Below, piece after piece: positions 49,600 to 62,549 of a stretch of DNA of 64,000 nt (position 1 is the first letter of the stretch; each line of letters begins with the position of its first letter). The position numbers were made by a program, and so were the translations under genes. Below the pieces are notes generated by a model. The model saw nothing but the letters and a program-made list of their open reading frames with translations. It ran no database searches and was not told the DNA's origin. The stretch covers positions 28,929 through 92,928 of the forward strand of contig CBFFRP010000272.1 in the NCBI GenBank assembly GCA_965644295.1. The letters are read 5' to 3'. Origin of the DNA: Paraphysomonas bandaiensis (taxonomy: Eukaryota; Protista; Chrysophyceae).

Positions 49600-52500
49600 A
49601 TGTCTGATCTTGAGAACGGAAACAGTAAGCCTGGTAAGTGTCTTGAAATATTCTGATCATATAGACTGATATATTTGTAACAGTTTCTGCGATGGAAATT
49701 ACGGCTGAGAATGCCTTTCACTCCATATATGCCGGAGAACGCGGAAGTGTTCCTGAGAGTGAGATGAATACAGTTGTCGGGGCGATGAAGAGAGATTCTT
49801 ACGCGAAAGTCAATACCGGCAATGATGACGATGGAAAAGGCGTGCCACTGGAGCCTAAACTTGGCCTTCTCTGGGGTGTATATTTACCTTGCGTACAAAA
49901 TATATTAGGAGTTATTTTGTTCATACGTTTGCCTTGGATTGCAGCCCAAGCTGGACTACCCCTGACAACTCTTATCGTGCTAATGTGTGTGTTATCTACT
50001 TTCGTTACGTCACTTTCACTCTCCGCTATTGCCACAAATGGTACAATAAGTCTTTGTTTCTGATTACATATCTCACTGCAAATAGGTAAAATTATGGCGG
50101 GCGGTCCCTACTATGTGATATCCAGAAATCTGGGCGTTGAAGTGGGGGCAACGATCGGGTTTATATTTTACCTCGGCACCACTCTCGCTGCATCCATGTA
50201 CATCCTTGGGGCTGTTGAAGCGATTCAAACTGGCTTTGGTCTTGCAGACAAATTTGACTTTGATAGCCAGCTTGAAGCGATTATTCTTGCCATCATACTG
50301 GCCTCAATAGTTTCTGTAGGAGTGAAGTATGTCAACATGTCTGCAAGCTTCTTTCTCCTGATCGTCTTCATATCTATATTCTCTGCTATTCTCGGGTCTT
50401 TCCTATATCTCGCGGGTGTGTGGACTGGAGATGTAGACAAGGACGCGGATGTCGCAGGTACTACATGCAATATATTATTGATACATCAGCATTTCTTTCG
50501 CCACCCGACGTGTGACTTTCGTAACTTTAGGTGACAACATGAAGGCAGATTACGAAGCCGATGAGGAAACGGGTGTGACCCCTACTTTCTTTTCTCTCAT
50601 TGCCCTTTTCTATCCGTCAGTAACTGGTATCATGGCGGGATCCAATCGATCAGGTGTCCTAGCTAACCCGGGGAGAGACATTCCCATTGGGACTGTCGGT
50701 GCGATTATGACCACTCTGTTCATCTACCTTTTCGTCGTATGGCTCATGGGAAGCATTTTGTCTAATGAATATCTTAAGGACGATAAACTGGCATTCGCGT
50801 CAATTGCTTGGCCACCCGTGCTGGTAAACATCGGAATTGTAATGTCATCCGTCGGTGCTGCATTGCAATCACTCACCGGCGCCCCTCGTTTGGTCTCGGC
50901 TATAGCGAATGACGGCGTGATACCATTCCTCGACTACTTCAAGTGCCCTGGTGATGTTAACCCAATCCGGTCTGTGTGGTTGACTTGTGTTATTTGCTCA
51001 TTACCCTGCTTGGCTGGCAACTTGGACTACATTGTCCCCATCGTGACACTCTTCTTTCTGATGATGTACTCTGCAGTGAACTTTGCCTGCTTTATTCTGA
51101 CTGTCCTAAAAGCCCCAGGGTTCCGACCTAAGTTCAAATATTTCTCCTGGCATACGAGCTTGTTTGGTTTTATATGGTGCGTCGGGCTAATGTTTATTAT
51201 CTCGTGGTGGACAACCTTGATTTGCTTCTTCCTTGCACTCCTGCTTTATGTTTACATCCAGTCTAAGCATGCGGAACGGGACTGGGGAGATACTATCAGT
51301 GGGTTTAAGTTTTTGGTCGTGAAGTTGGTGTTGAATAACCTTAAATGGACAGCAATTACTCATGCAAAGAACTGGCGTCCTCAATTATGTGTAGTCTTTC
51401 AGGTGGATGTCAATGGTGACCCGTATGATAAGAGTCTACTTCGACTTGCAGGACAGATGAAGAAGGGTCGCGGTCTTGCGATGTTTGTCGGTGTAATCGA
51501 AGCGGATCCTACAGGGGACATATCTTATCTCGACGAAGCACAGACGAAGCTTCGAAATTTCTTAGATATGGAGAAAGTGAAAGGGTTCTCTCGAATTATC
51601 GTTGTAGAGAACCGTCAACAGGCATTTATGACTGCGATCCAGACGCTAGGAGTGGGAGCCCTACGGCCTAATACTGTCATGACTTCCTGGTTGTACAATT
51701 GGCGTGGGAACAACCTTACAACGCTGCGGTTTGTCAAGAAACTGAAGGCGGCACTGGCACGCAAATTGGCGATTATTGTCCTCAAACGCTCCAGCGAAGA
51801 CGCTCTTGAACTTTCGAATGATGTCCATGATGGTGGTACAATTGATATTTGGTGGGTGGTACACGACGGAGGATTACTGCTCCTTCTTCCCTATCTTTTG
51901 ACTCTGCACAAAACCTGGAAATCGTGTAAGCTACGCCTTTTTGCTGTCACCATGGGTGGGGAGAGCGCGGATAGTGTGTCGGCACTCACTGCCGAGTTTC
52001 TCGAGTCGGTCCGTATAACTGCCGAGACTCATGTCATCTCTCTGGAACTGGATACATCGGAAGGATTCAACAAGCGCATGTCAGACATGAGAAATGCACG
52101 AATGGCGTTTGACGCGGAGCTGTCGACCCACACTGAGTTAACGGGATGTACTAAATCTCCTGCTCCCTCACCAAGCAAGCCTCTTTTGACGAATGCTCCT
52201 CAGGCTATTGCCACAGAGAGCACTGAAGGAGACTGTGAGCGGCCATTGGTTAAGCAGAGTAGCCGCGGAGTCGTCGTCGCAGCAACTGAGGACACAAAAG
52301 ACCCAAGGGTTCGGGTGCGCATGCGATCAGGTATGTTCGAAGTGTATGGAAGTATGTCTTGTGTGTCGCCTTGTATACTGCGCATATAGTCGGGAATACT
52401 GGAGTAGTTTAACACTTTATATATTCAGTGGAATACTCCTACGCAGTAGATGAGACGCAGATGCGATTGGCAGTAAGTCTCAACCAAAAGATCCTCGCAG

Positions 52501-52658
52501 AGAGCAAAGACGCGAAACTTGTGGTCACTAACCTGCCGCTCATGCCGGACTCAAGTCCTACTGATTTAATGAGTTTTGTGGAAACGATTACTCAAGGCAT
52601 TCACTCATGTCTCCTTGTGCGTGGTGTTGGAGATGAGGTAGTCACTAAGTACGGATGA
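49600..52658 (+). CDS. SLC12 cation-chloride cotransporter (KCC/plant CCC1-like), multi-exon
   Basis: GVYLPCVQNILGVILFIRL, GGPYYVISRNLG, YPSVTGIMAGSNRSG, QSLTGAPRL, HAKNWRPQ, IDIWWVVHDGG, VRGVGDEVVT. Confidence 0.93.
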
Positions 52659-54059
52659 GCAGTTACTGTGTAGGTGTCGCTCTATTGGATTTCGTGCATT
52701 AGGATATATTCATCACTCTGATGTTATGTATTGCAGAGCGTACATTATGGATTTAAAGCATTTATTGATGTAATAATTGAAAGCTTATGATGATAGCTCT
52801 TAAACCACACGAAAGCTTCATGGGTTGGAAGTTGAAATTTTCAACTCAATATTTTGATTGTCATATAATGAAAGCTTCTCAACTGTAGGATGTAAAAAAA
52901 TTCAATGTAAACAATAAACAAATACCCGGAAAAGCAAAATGTAATTTCTTTTAATGCTATTTTACGTATCGCTCGCGCTGCAGTACTCTATACATGTACA
53001 CAACTTATTGTTTAGCGCAGTATGCATCCTACTACACTTAATACGATGTTGTTTCTGCAAACTGGTTGGCAGTTGTAGCCGGACGAACACAACCGCGGGT
53101 TGTCCGACTTCTAAAAGAGTCGAAACCACGGTCTGTGCCCTACACCCAATTCCGTCCCAGCACAACAGCTCCCTCCACAGCTCGACATACAACTATCACC
53201 GCACAACCCAGAAGTACCCCTACCTCGGACCCGATGGTGCCTCATCAGAGAATCACAGCTGGGTGAAGGAACACAACTCCTACTTTTCTAACACTTTCAC
53301 GTCCCCACAGATGCAAACTTTAACATAGGTGACTCCGCCAGCTTCATTTACGTCCAACTTATACTCTGCAATCAGCGGCGCCCCGCCTCTACATTACGCC
53401 ATTTAACTCATCCTCGGAACATTATCCTGTCATCTACTACATACTCTGACCCTTTAGCTTCGTGGACCCCTAACCAAAGGGCGTTCCACTGACTAACCGC
53501 ACCTTGGCACCGAAGGCCAATACGTCCAGAGGCAGCCTCCCGCACATACTCATGAGCAAAAGTTGTAGAACCTTGTGCTCGGCGTTAAATAATAGGATAT
53601 CAGAGTAAAATTGCGATTCTAAATTAGTCCTGGCTCTTGAACGCCTACTGCTAATAATAGTACATTTTCTACTGTTCTGGCTGGGTGCATGAATAGATAT
53701 TCCTGCCGTGTATAATATATAGGTGCTATCAGACTTTCTTATAATATAGGTGCTTGATTGATTGTGTAACATTTCCGTGTGTCTTACATGTAATATATAA
53801 TTAAATTCGTTTCACCTGCCTTGTTTGTATTATGTATACAGATCAGATATACACTAATTGAAGAAGAAATACACTATATTTTACCACGTTATTATTCGAT
53901 TATTGCTTCATACTGCAATAACGAGTGTATTACACTACATAGCACTGAGAATATTAATGTCCAATATAGTGAAAAAGCAAATGATCACTAAGTTTTAGAA
54001 TAATATATCAATATCGCAGGAATATAGTCAACAGAAACAGTAATGAACGTAAAAGTTAA

Positions 54060-55480
54060 TAAGATATTTCGAATGTGAAATCATAAGCTACCTCGTAACT
54101 GTTAGATCAGATAGTACATTATGCGCATCATTCAGTTGCTTCACGCGAACTTCTTCCTTTTCTGCTTTCAAAGATGTATTTGCAGCTTGCTTTGCTTTCT
54201 TTTCATCTACCTTTTCTGCCACGGATAATAAGACCAGCCTTTGTTTCTCATTCTCTTTAGCAATGATATTGGCCGCCTTCTTTCGTCCTGTACTTTTATG
54301 GCTTTAGCACAGCGGTCCTCCTCTCTCATATGCGTCAGCTCTGCTGCACGCTGTTTTCTTTCCGTAGGATCTCTTGAAGTCATTTCCTCCCGATACCTTG
54401 CAACAATGCTCTCGTGATTCACTAATTCAGACCAATGACGGATATGGGTCAGTTCGTCTCTTTTGATGTTTATAAGTCTCTGTGAAATGCCCTGAGTACT
54501 CACCTCATGGTAAGTAACAGTTCCACGAAGTTATACAAATTCGGACAACGTCGGAGTAACACGTTTCTTTAATTCCAACTGCTCTTCTGAGATGTCCGTG
54601 TAGCACTGATACATCATTTTCTCAAAATCTACAGTGACACCGTTTTCATCAGGTAGACATTCCTGACCACAGCAAGCAAAGCAGGCAACAACTTCATTTC
54701 AAGTCATGACATTATCAAACGCACAAAAAATAGTCCTTCCACATTGCGTTGGTTCCACAACTTGTCTTACTGAAGTATATATATCCCTTTGCACCAATGT
54801 AGTTGGATAAAGCTAATATCCCTTCGACGTGCCACTCTTCATCACTCATGCCTTTAAACTTAATATTACGACAAAGGGCGCTGTCTCGCCGGAGGCATTG
54901 ATCATGTGCATGACTTTATTAGCTAAAGGGAGCCTATCAGAAGTGCTACTTTTGGACTTGCCCTTTTAAGTTGCTTTCACTCGGACATAATCATCACATA
55001 TATATTCATACTCCTCTCTAAGCGTCAACCTAAGTGTATTTTAGTGATATTGACCACATTTTGCTGCGTGATCAAAGACAAAGGTCGATGCATCCGCGAT
55101 CCACCTACAACAAGCCTGCAATGTAGCTGACAGAGTATAACAAATTAAGAACCACATATATGACATCAGAAGACACTTGCTTGCATCCTTGCATTGCCTG
55201 TTTTGTTCCAACATTTAGCTTATGTCTCTTGATCAACCCGTTGGTCAATTCTTCTCTGAATAGCCAATTCTTTTCTCTTCCTCTGATGAGAGCAGTACCC
55301 GTCTGAGGTTACTATAATTGTATGGAGCAAACCATCTTGTATTTACAGGGCTACCTTGCAACCTGTCCGGATATGGTTAGAAGACACGTCAATACTGTTC
55401 TGTCTATCTCCTGCTTCCATCCTATTGGTTTAAAGGGATATGTCTTCGTTCTTCATATCTTTCTTTGTTTTTTTTATGCA
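54060..55480 (-). pseudogene. Heavily decayed DDE (pogo/Tc1-like) transposase remnant
   Basis: Minus-strand fragments WIADASTF and KVMHMINASGETAPFVVI resemble DDE_1 motifs. Many stops; no TIRs defined. Confidence 0.4.
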
Positions 55481-55860
55481 TTTGTATCGGCATCCTTCGT
55501 ATACGTATACCGTATATTTTTGTTCCAAGATGCCTCTAATATTGAGACAACAATTATATGTATTCCAGCCGTAGTTGGAATACGATCTTACGGTCCCCGG
55601 TTTTTCAGGTTTGTAGGAATACAAAATCAGTAATATACAGCAGTATGGAGTACTTCTTACTGTGCATATACAGAATTTAATGGGGTCATTTTGCTAAAAT
55701 CGCCACATTTTCGATTTGCAGATTATGGGGTGATGCACATATACTCCATGTATGTCTAGATGTATACGATAGATCGGACATGGTATGATATGAGCAGGTG
55801 TGGATACAACCACTATGAGTAGCTAGAAATATAAAGATGATACAGAATGAAAGCAAACAC

Positions 55861-56724
55861 ATGATTGGACCTCGGTCTGGTTCAAGAGATAATGTGCCTT
55901 CTTTTATGCGAGATGCACTAAAAGAAAAAGCCAACTCTGTTGTATTCTGGTCTCAGGCGGACCCGAGCCTACCTCTCCAACGGTCGAACTTTTGCAGATC
56001 AATTGGACCGTTACCATTTCTACCCTGCTTCTATCCGCATTTGTTGTTTTTGTGTACCCCAATATGCTGCTTTTCTTATTACGAGAAATCAAAGTATCTT
56101 GCTACCAGTGTTGCTGTGACAGCGACCTCAGTTGAAATCGTGACAGAACCACACTGCTGCGGTCATAAACAAGTTAAAGTACAATCTATACCTCTTCAGT
56201 CAATATTGGATGTTTATATATACAAAGAAAATCATCCGATGCAGATGTACTGTGCACCGGATACTGGATATGCACAGATTCGAGATGGAACTATTGAGTT
56301 TGGTGCTAATAACAGAGGAAGACCCGGTGGACCTATAATCGATGGACACAGGGACATAGCTACCCTTAAACAAAAAATTTTAGAGGCCAAGGAGCGCCTT
56401 ACATCTACTGCTCAAGCTCCCGTATATGTAGGAACTGTTGTTAATTCTAATGTGAGTTCCCTTAACACTGGGCAGTATGGGGGGTATGAAACTCAAGGAA
56501 CTGTTGTTAATTCTAATGTGAGTTCCCTTAACACTGGGCAGTATGGGGGGTATGAAACTCAAGGAACTGTTGTTAGTTCTAATGTGAGTTCCCTTAACAC
56601 TGGGCAGTATGGGGGGTATGAAACTCAAGGAACTGTTGTTAGTTCTAATGTGAGTTCCCTTAACACTGGGCAGTATGGGGGGTATGAAATGAGTTACCCC
56701 CAGTACCACGGTTCGTTGCGGTAA
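55861..56724 (+). CDS. Cys-rich hypothetical protein, paralogue A, with 4 C-terminal 22-aa repeats
   Basis: Intronless ORF with a hydrophobic Cys-rich segment and 66-bp tandem repeats (GTVVNSNVSSLNTGQYGGYETQ). Duplicated at 59173-59970. Confidence 0.75.
   Translation: MIGPRSGSRDNVPSFMRDALKEKANSVVFWSQADPSLPLQRSNFCRSIGPLPFLPCFYPHLLFLCTPICCFSYYEKSKYLATSVAVTATSVEIVTEPHCCGHKQVKVQSIPLQSILDVYIYKENHPMQMYCAPDTGYAQIRDGTIEFGANNRGRPGGPIIDGHRDIATLKQKILEAKERLTSTAQAPVYVGTVVNSNVSSLNTGQYGGYETQGTVVNSNVSSLNTGQYGGYETQGTVVSSNVSSLNTGQYGGYETQGTVVSSNVSSLNTGQYGGYEMSYPQYHGSLR
56432..56688 (+). repeat. Coding 66-bp tandem repeat, ~4 copies
   Basis: GGAACTGTTGTTA(A/G)TTCTAATGTGAGTTCCCTTAACACTGGGCAGTATGGGGGGTATGAAACTCAA repeated. 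Confidence 0.95.
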
Positions 56725-57342
56725 CCTAGAATTATACTTATGATAAAATATGGCTACAGCTATTTAAGTATTGTCAGTGTTTTTCACTGACATATGCTCT
56801 TACAGACCGCTGTAGATTATTGAGGTGAATTTAGCACTTTAGAAAATATATTTCGTATACTTTGTTGAATTGTGGAGTAGTCGCTTCTCGTCACTATGTA
56901 TTCTTCTCGACCAAAGTGCACACAAAATATGAGTCACAACCTTTGATTAAAACAAGTATGTATGTTATTACTCTCTGGCCGTCCTTGTTAGTCGGCTACC
57001 CTATAATTTTACTTGTTTTCAACGTGACAATCATATCCTAATTAGTGAAGAATGGTTCTATGAAAGTTTATGTTTGTGTTATTAGTTACTACGTCCATGT
57101 GTAGTGAGTACATTCAACCAGTACACAGATTTTAGAAGCAACATTATATTAGGTGTAGTGGGCAGTGGGACAATTCCAATAACGTGCCCTTGTAAGGTGC
57201 TTATGTTGATTAAACTGAAGAATGTAGAGACTATTTTTGAAAGCTGGTTGTTTTCTCCACCTAGCCTATATCAGATTCAGCAATTATTGCTATTACTGTT
57301 AGAAGAGAAATATATTCTAAAACTTCGCCAACTTCAGTCGCT

Positions 57343-57962
57343 GGCTTAACTAATCAAATGTTTTTATCACAGTCATCCTTTGTGTCATTATTGGTGACGT
57401 CAACATCGCCATATTCATTCAAGCTTAATCGAAATATTCAAGCACCTAGCCACAATAGTAGAGAATGTCCTATTCTTAGCAATCAGCGTTCAAGAGTCAT
57501 GACTAATTTAGCTTCGCAATTTAATTAACTAGTAATCAATTCTGATATCCTTCTACTTAAATTTGAAAATTCGGATCATTAACAGCAGGTCTGCTTTTTA
57601 TTAACCCTTCCTTAATCTTTGCGGACCACTACCCCAATTGGCGCCCTCTGATTAATTGTACCTTGACACCGAAGGAAAATACGTCCACATGCAGTCTCCC
57701 ACACATACGAAGGAGCGATGGTGATTGCACCTTGATGCTTGCGGTGACGCAGAGCAACTTTGTTAAGTTAAATAGTAGGATATCAGAATTAAGCACTAGT
57801 TAGTTAAATTGCGATGCTAAATTACTCATGACTCTTGAACGCCTATTGCTAAGAATAGGACATTCTCTACTGTTGTGGCCAGATGCATGAATATGGCGAT
57901 GTTGACGTCACCAATGATGGCACAGAGAATGACTATGATAAAACACATTTGATAGTTAAGCC
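57343..57962. mobile_element. Non-coding element with long (~200-bp) imperfect terminal inverted repeats (foldback/MULE-like)
   Basis: 57343-57560 is an imperfect reverse complement of 57768-57962 (GGCTTAACTAATCAAATG...CATTTGATAGTTAAGCC). A related partial copy lies at ~53500-53700. Confidence 0.7.
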
Positions 57963-59172
57963 GTAGCTAGAGTCTTTACTTTCCAGCGTAGTACTAAAAC
58001 TGAATCTACGAAAGTGTATACTTACTGAGTACAAATACTGATGTATTGCAATAATATTGTTGGTCCTGTTTAAAACCTACACCAAAAATATTAAAAGAGT
58101 GCTATGTAACAATACAGTATTGCAATATATTGTTCCCTAGCCCTGGTGTATGTCGTATAGAAACTACTTGCCATACTCAAACACTAAACCATACACCATA
58201 CAGGCTTATGAAGAGTGTTTACCAAGTTACTAGTTTAAGAATTAGCCCATATTTAAATGGTTTAAATACAACTACGAGGTGTGAAAATTCGCTATAGAAA
58301 ACAGAATATCACCATTAGTGTATGGTCTGTTAGGATCTTATAGTAGAAATTATGCGAGGGTCTAAAACATCTAAATGATTGCTTAGATATCACTTCTAGA
58401 TATCTTGACGTTACCCCTTATGCTTTCAGGTCTGGAAATAAACAGCTCATAATTCCTGATGTCACTCTGCGTAAGGTCTACATTCACATACACAAAATCA
58501 AACAATGTACAACACCACATGGAAAGGACTATAGCCAACGCATGTCACTCAGTTCTCAAAGATAAAATTTCTGTGGTTCCACAATTTATATCAAAAAGAA
58601 ACTTATCATCGCAGTGGCGCTTATTCACTGTAATGTCTCAATAAGCCCCAGAGTCATCTTGAAGGGACCTCTTCCGCATCATAATTTAAATTATTTTCCT
58701 TGACATCTAAGAGCCCCTGAGAGTAACAGAAGGTAGATACAGATAGCCGAGAGCATGCTCAACAATGATATGGCTTTCTGGGTTATATCACTTAAAGCTG
58801 AATATAATCTGCATGTGTAAAACTCATTGATGTGTGTGTTTATTTCCTCTTGCTTGTAAAGGACGTTGGATTGATAAAATATCCCTATATAAAATCCAGC
58901 AATAATAAGATACAATATACTGTACAGTAATTTAATGGGGGGTTTTGTGTTAAATTGCTATTATGAAAAAGCTGATTTCCTTAGTTTTTATGATTTTCGA
59001 CCGTTTTATAGACAATTTCCAAAGTTAGTAATGAAAACATATGTGTGGAATGCTGGTATGATCATGCGGCTATACATTACTTTGCATGGTATATCTGAGC
59101 GAGCAGGAGGTGTGGATACAACCACTATGAGTAGCTAGAAATATAAGTACAATAGCGATTGAAAGCAAACAC

Positions 59173-59970
59173 ATGATTGGACCTCGGTCTGGTTCAAGAG
59201 ATAATGTGCCTTCTTTTATGCGAGATGCACTAAAAGAAAAAGCCAACTCTGTTGTATTCTGGTCTCAGGCGGACCCGAGCCTACCTCTCCAACGGTCGAA
59301 CTTTTGCAGATCAATTGGACCGTTACCATTTCTACCCTGCTTCTATCCGCATTTGTTGTTTTTGTGTACCCCAATATGCTGCTGTGCTTGTTACTGGAAA
59401 TCAAAGTATCTTGCTACCAGTGTTGCTGTGACGGCGACCTCAGTTGAAATCGTGACAGAACCACACTGCTGCGGTCATAAACAAGTTAAAGTACAATCTA
59501 TACCTCTTCAGACAATATTGGATGTTTATATATACAAAGAAAATCATTCGATGCAGATGTGCTGTCAACCGGATACTGGATATGCACAGATTCGAGATGG
59601 AACTGTTGTCATTGGTAAAAATAGCGGGGGAAGTTCCGGTGGACCTACAATCGATGGACACAGGGACATAGCTACCCTTAAGCAAAAAATTTTAGAGGCC
59701 AAGGAGCGCCTTACATCTACTGCTCAAGCTCCCGTATATGTAGGAACTGTTGTTAATTCTAATGTGAGTTCCCTTAACACTGGGCAGTATGGGGGGTATG
59801 AAACTCAAGGAACTGTTGTTAATTCTAATGTGAGTTCCCTTAACACTGGGCAGTATGGGGGGTATGAAACTCAAGGAACTGTTGTTAGTTCTAATGTGAG
59901 TTCCCTTAACACTGGGCAGTATGGGGGGTATGAAATGAGTTACCCCCAGTACCACGGTTCGTTGCGGTAA
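59173..59970 (+). CDS. Cys-rich hypothetical protein, paralogue B, with 3 C-terminal 22-aa repeats
   Basis: Tandem duplicate of 55861-56724. The duplicated blocks are ~55796-57066 and ~59108-60330. Confidence 0.75.
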   Translation: MIGPRSGSRDNVPSFMRDALKEKANSVVFWSQADPSLPLQRSNFCRSIGPLPFLPCFYPHLLFLCTPICCCACYWKSKYLATSVAVTATSVEIVTEPHCCGHKQVKVQSIPLQTILDVYIYKENHSMQMCCQPDTGYAQIRDGTVVIGKNSGGSSGGPTIDGHRDIATLKQKILEAKERLTSTAQAPVYVGTVVNSNVSSLNTGQYGGYETQGTVVNSNVSSLNTGQYGGYETQGTVVSSNVSSLNTGQYGGYEMSYPQYHGSLR

Positions 59971-60656
59971 CCTAGAATTATACTTATGATAAAATATGGC
60001 TACAGCTATTAAGTATTGTCAGTGTTTCTCACTGACATATGCTCTTACAGGCCGCTGTAGATTATTGAGGTGAATTTAGCACTTTAGAAAAATAATTCAT
60101 ATAGTTTATTGAATTGTGGAGTAGTCGCTTTCCGTCGCTATGTATTCTTCTCGACCAAAGTGCACTTCATATTGTCATCAACTCAAAATATGAGTCACAA
60201 CCTTTGATTAAAATAAGTATGTGAGTTATTACTCTCTGACAGTCCTTGTTAGTCGGCTACCCTTATTTCTATAATTTTACTTCTCAACGTGATAATCATA
60301 TCCTAATTATTGAAGAATGATTCTATGAAATTTTTTAAATTAGTATCCTTAATCAGCGAAAACGTATATGTGTATATTCTATATTCCAGGGCTAGGAAAC
60401 AATATATTGAATTGCAATACATTGAACAATATATTATATAAATTGCAATATACTATATTCAATACTTGTCATCTTGTCATTGGGAGCAGATTCGAACCAA
60501 ACCCACTACACTGGCAAACAGAATATATAAATCACAAATCACAGTTTTTCACTTATTCTCTGATCCATCATCTGTGACGTCATTCATGTACAATTGATGA
60601 TTGAAATATGTATACACGTATATTCGGCCATTGGTTACAGAATCAAGTGTTTCATC

Positions 60657-60900
60657 CAGGGCTAGGAAACAATATATTGAATTGCAATACATTGTACAAT
60701 ATATTGCAATATATTGTAAAATATATTGATGGGTCGACCGGCCAAAAATCCCATCAATGTTGTTTCTGTTAAAGTGGCTCACAATATATTGCAATATATT
60801 GTAAAATATATTGATGGGTCGACCGGCCAAAAATCCCATCAATGTTGTTTCTGTTAAAGTGGCTCACAATATATTGCAATATATTGCAATCAATATTATA
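60657..60900 (+). mobile_element. Partial copy of the CAGGGCTAGGAAAC MITE family with an internal 85-bp tandem duplication
   Basis: Same terminus as 60387 and (inverted) 45053 and 58145. 60696-60780 is repeated at 60781-60865. Confidence 0.65.
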
Positions 60901-61664
60901 ATAGTCATATGGAGAAAGATTCTTAACTGTAGGGTAAAAAATACAAGTCCATGTATCCGGAAAATAAGAAAAAAAGCCTATTTTGGATGTTATTTTATAT
61001 TTATCATATCATATTATATTTAAGTGTAGTAGAATGCATACTGGCCAATCCCAAGAGCTGGCCCTAGTAAAGTGCGTATTTTTTGTGTGTGGTGACAATC
61101 AAGCTTCAGCTAGATCTATATTGGAAGTCTTATTATATAGCAAAAGGCGTTAAAAATCTGCACCAATGTAGTGGCTAGTTGAATGCTAGACAGACTATTT
61201 AGACCTCTACTCATAACTAATCAGCACAAACTCTATTATCCTACTATTTAGCGCTACAGAAGCTGCTTGTGTGTCGCCGCAAGCACCAAGGTGAGACCTT
61301 TCTAGATCTATACTGTACATGGGTCCTCGCATAGTCCATACATATACTATATGCTAACCCTAACTGATTTTTTTCTCCACATAGCCAATATCAGATTCAT
61401 CGCCCTCTGCATCGTTGCTATTACTGATAGAACGTTAGAACGGAGATATATTCTAACAGCAAATTTCTCATACCTTGTCAATGAACATTCCTCGCCTACT
61501 GCAATTCTCAAAATTCGGATCATTAAGAGCAAGACTGTTTTTCTTTAAATAGGATACTTTCTACAAGGACCAACAAAAAATATGCACCACAGGAAATGTA
61601 AAATTAAAGAGCAAGCACAAAACCGACTACCTCTAAAGCCATGATTCCAAACAATTATAGAATT

Positions 61665-62502
61665 TCACAGGTTGTCAACATCAGCTACAGACTTTCCAGA
61701 CCCTTCTCTTGTGGTCAAAATATGATCAACTATACCGAATTCTAATGCCGCACTGGCAGTCATGTAGGTGTCCCTGCAATATCGAGATCAAATATAAATT
61801 TTCGTTAGGGGGTATAAACAGACCTTTCCATTATGGACTCAATCTTAGACATCTCCTGGCCTGTATGATGCTTATACAGTGCGTTAAGCCGAGATCTAGT
61901 GAGTAATATGTCTTCTGCAACGATCCGAATATCACTTGCCATTCCCTGAACACCCCCACTAAAGTCTAATAAGTAAAAAGTGTGTGCAGCGAAGAGTTTC
62001 ACCTGGGCTGATGCATCATTACTTTTGCATTCGGGAGAGCGTATCTTAGTCCAGGCGACCCACCTGCTAGTAGCAAGGATCCCATCGAAGCTGCTTGTCC
62101 CATGCAGATAGTAGAGATCATGGGCTTAATATATTGCATTGTGTCATATATGGCCAGGCCAGCAGCAACAACCCCACCAGGAGAGTTGATGTACAAGCTA
62201 ATTGTTTTATCTGGATCCTCAGCTTCAAGGAATAGAAGTTGCGCGGTGATTGTTGAGGCAAGATTATCATCAATAGGACCATGCAAACATATTACTCGCT
62301 CTCTAAGTAGACGGGAGTATATATCCATCGTTCGTTCTACTCGTGGGGTGTCCTCTATCACTGAGGGTATGAGCGAAATCCGTCGCTGTTGAGAGATACG
62401 ACGTAAATAAATTCCACAGGTATTCATTTGATGTCCCAATGAATTAATGCCTCTGTATGCTACTGTCACTGCTACCAGCTCTCTGATTGTGATATCCCTC
62501 AT
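61665..62502 (-). CDS. clpP: ATP-dependent Clp protease proteolytic subunit, probably mitochondrial (3 exons; start approximate)
   Basis: [31 protein letters not shown] (catalytic Ser), MMHQP|SGG (His), ER|[16 protein letters not shown] (Asp). Arg-rich N-terminal extension. Stop at 61665-61667. Confidence 0.93.
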
Positions 62503-62549
62503 ACAGAATCTACTCCATAGATACCACACTACACACTGTATCTACAGGC

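Noticed and set aside
56432-56688. 66-bp repeats as a CRISPR array
   Set aside because: Head-to-tail in-frame coding repeats with no unique spacers, in a eukaryotic context without cas genes.
55861-59970. Paralogue pair as a diversity-generating retroelement TR/VR pair
   Set aside because: The differences are not restricted to adenines and no DGR-type RT is present; the only RTs are Copia.
60475-60530. Minus-strand GGTTCGAATC B-box suggesting a tRNA gene
   Set aside because: No cloverleaf or A-box could be built; at most a SINE-like relic.
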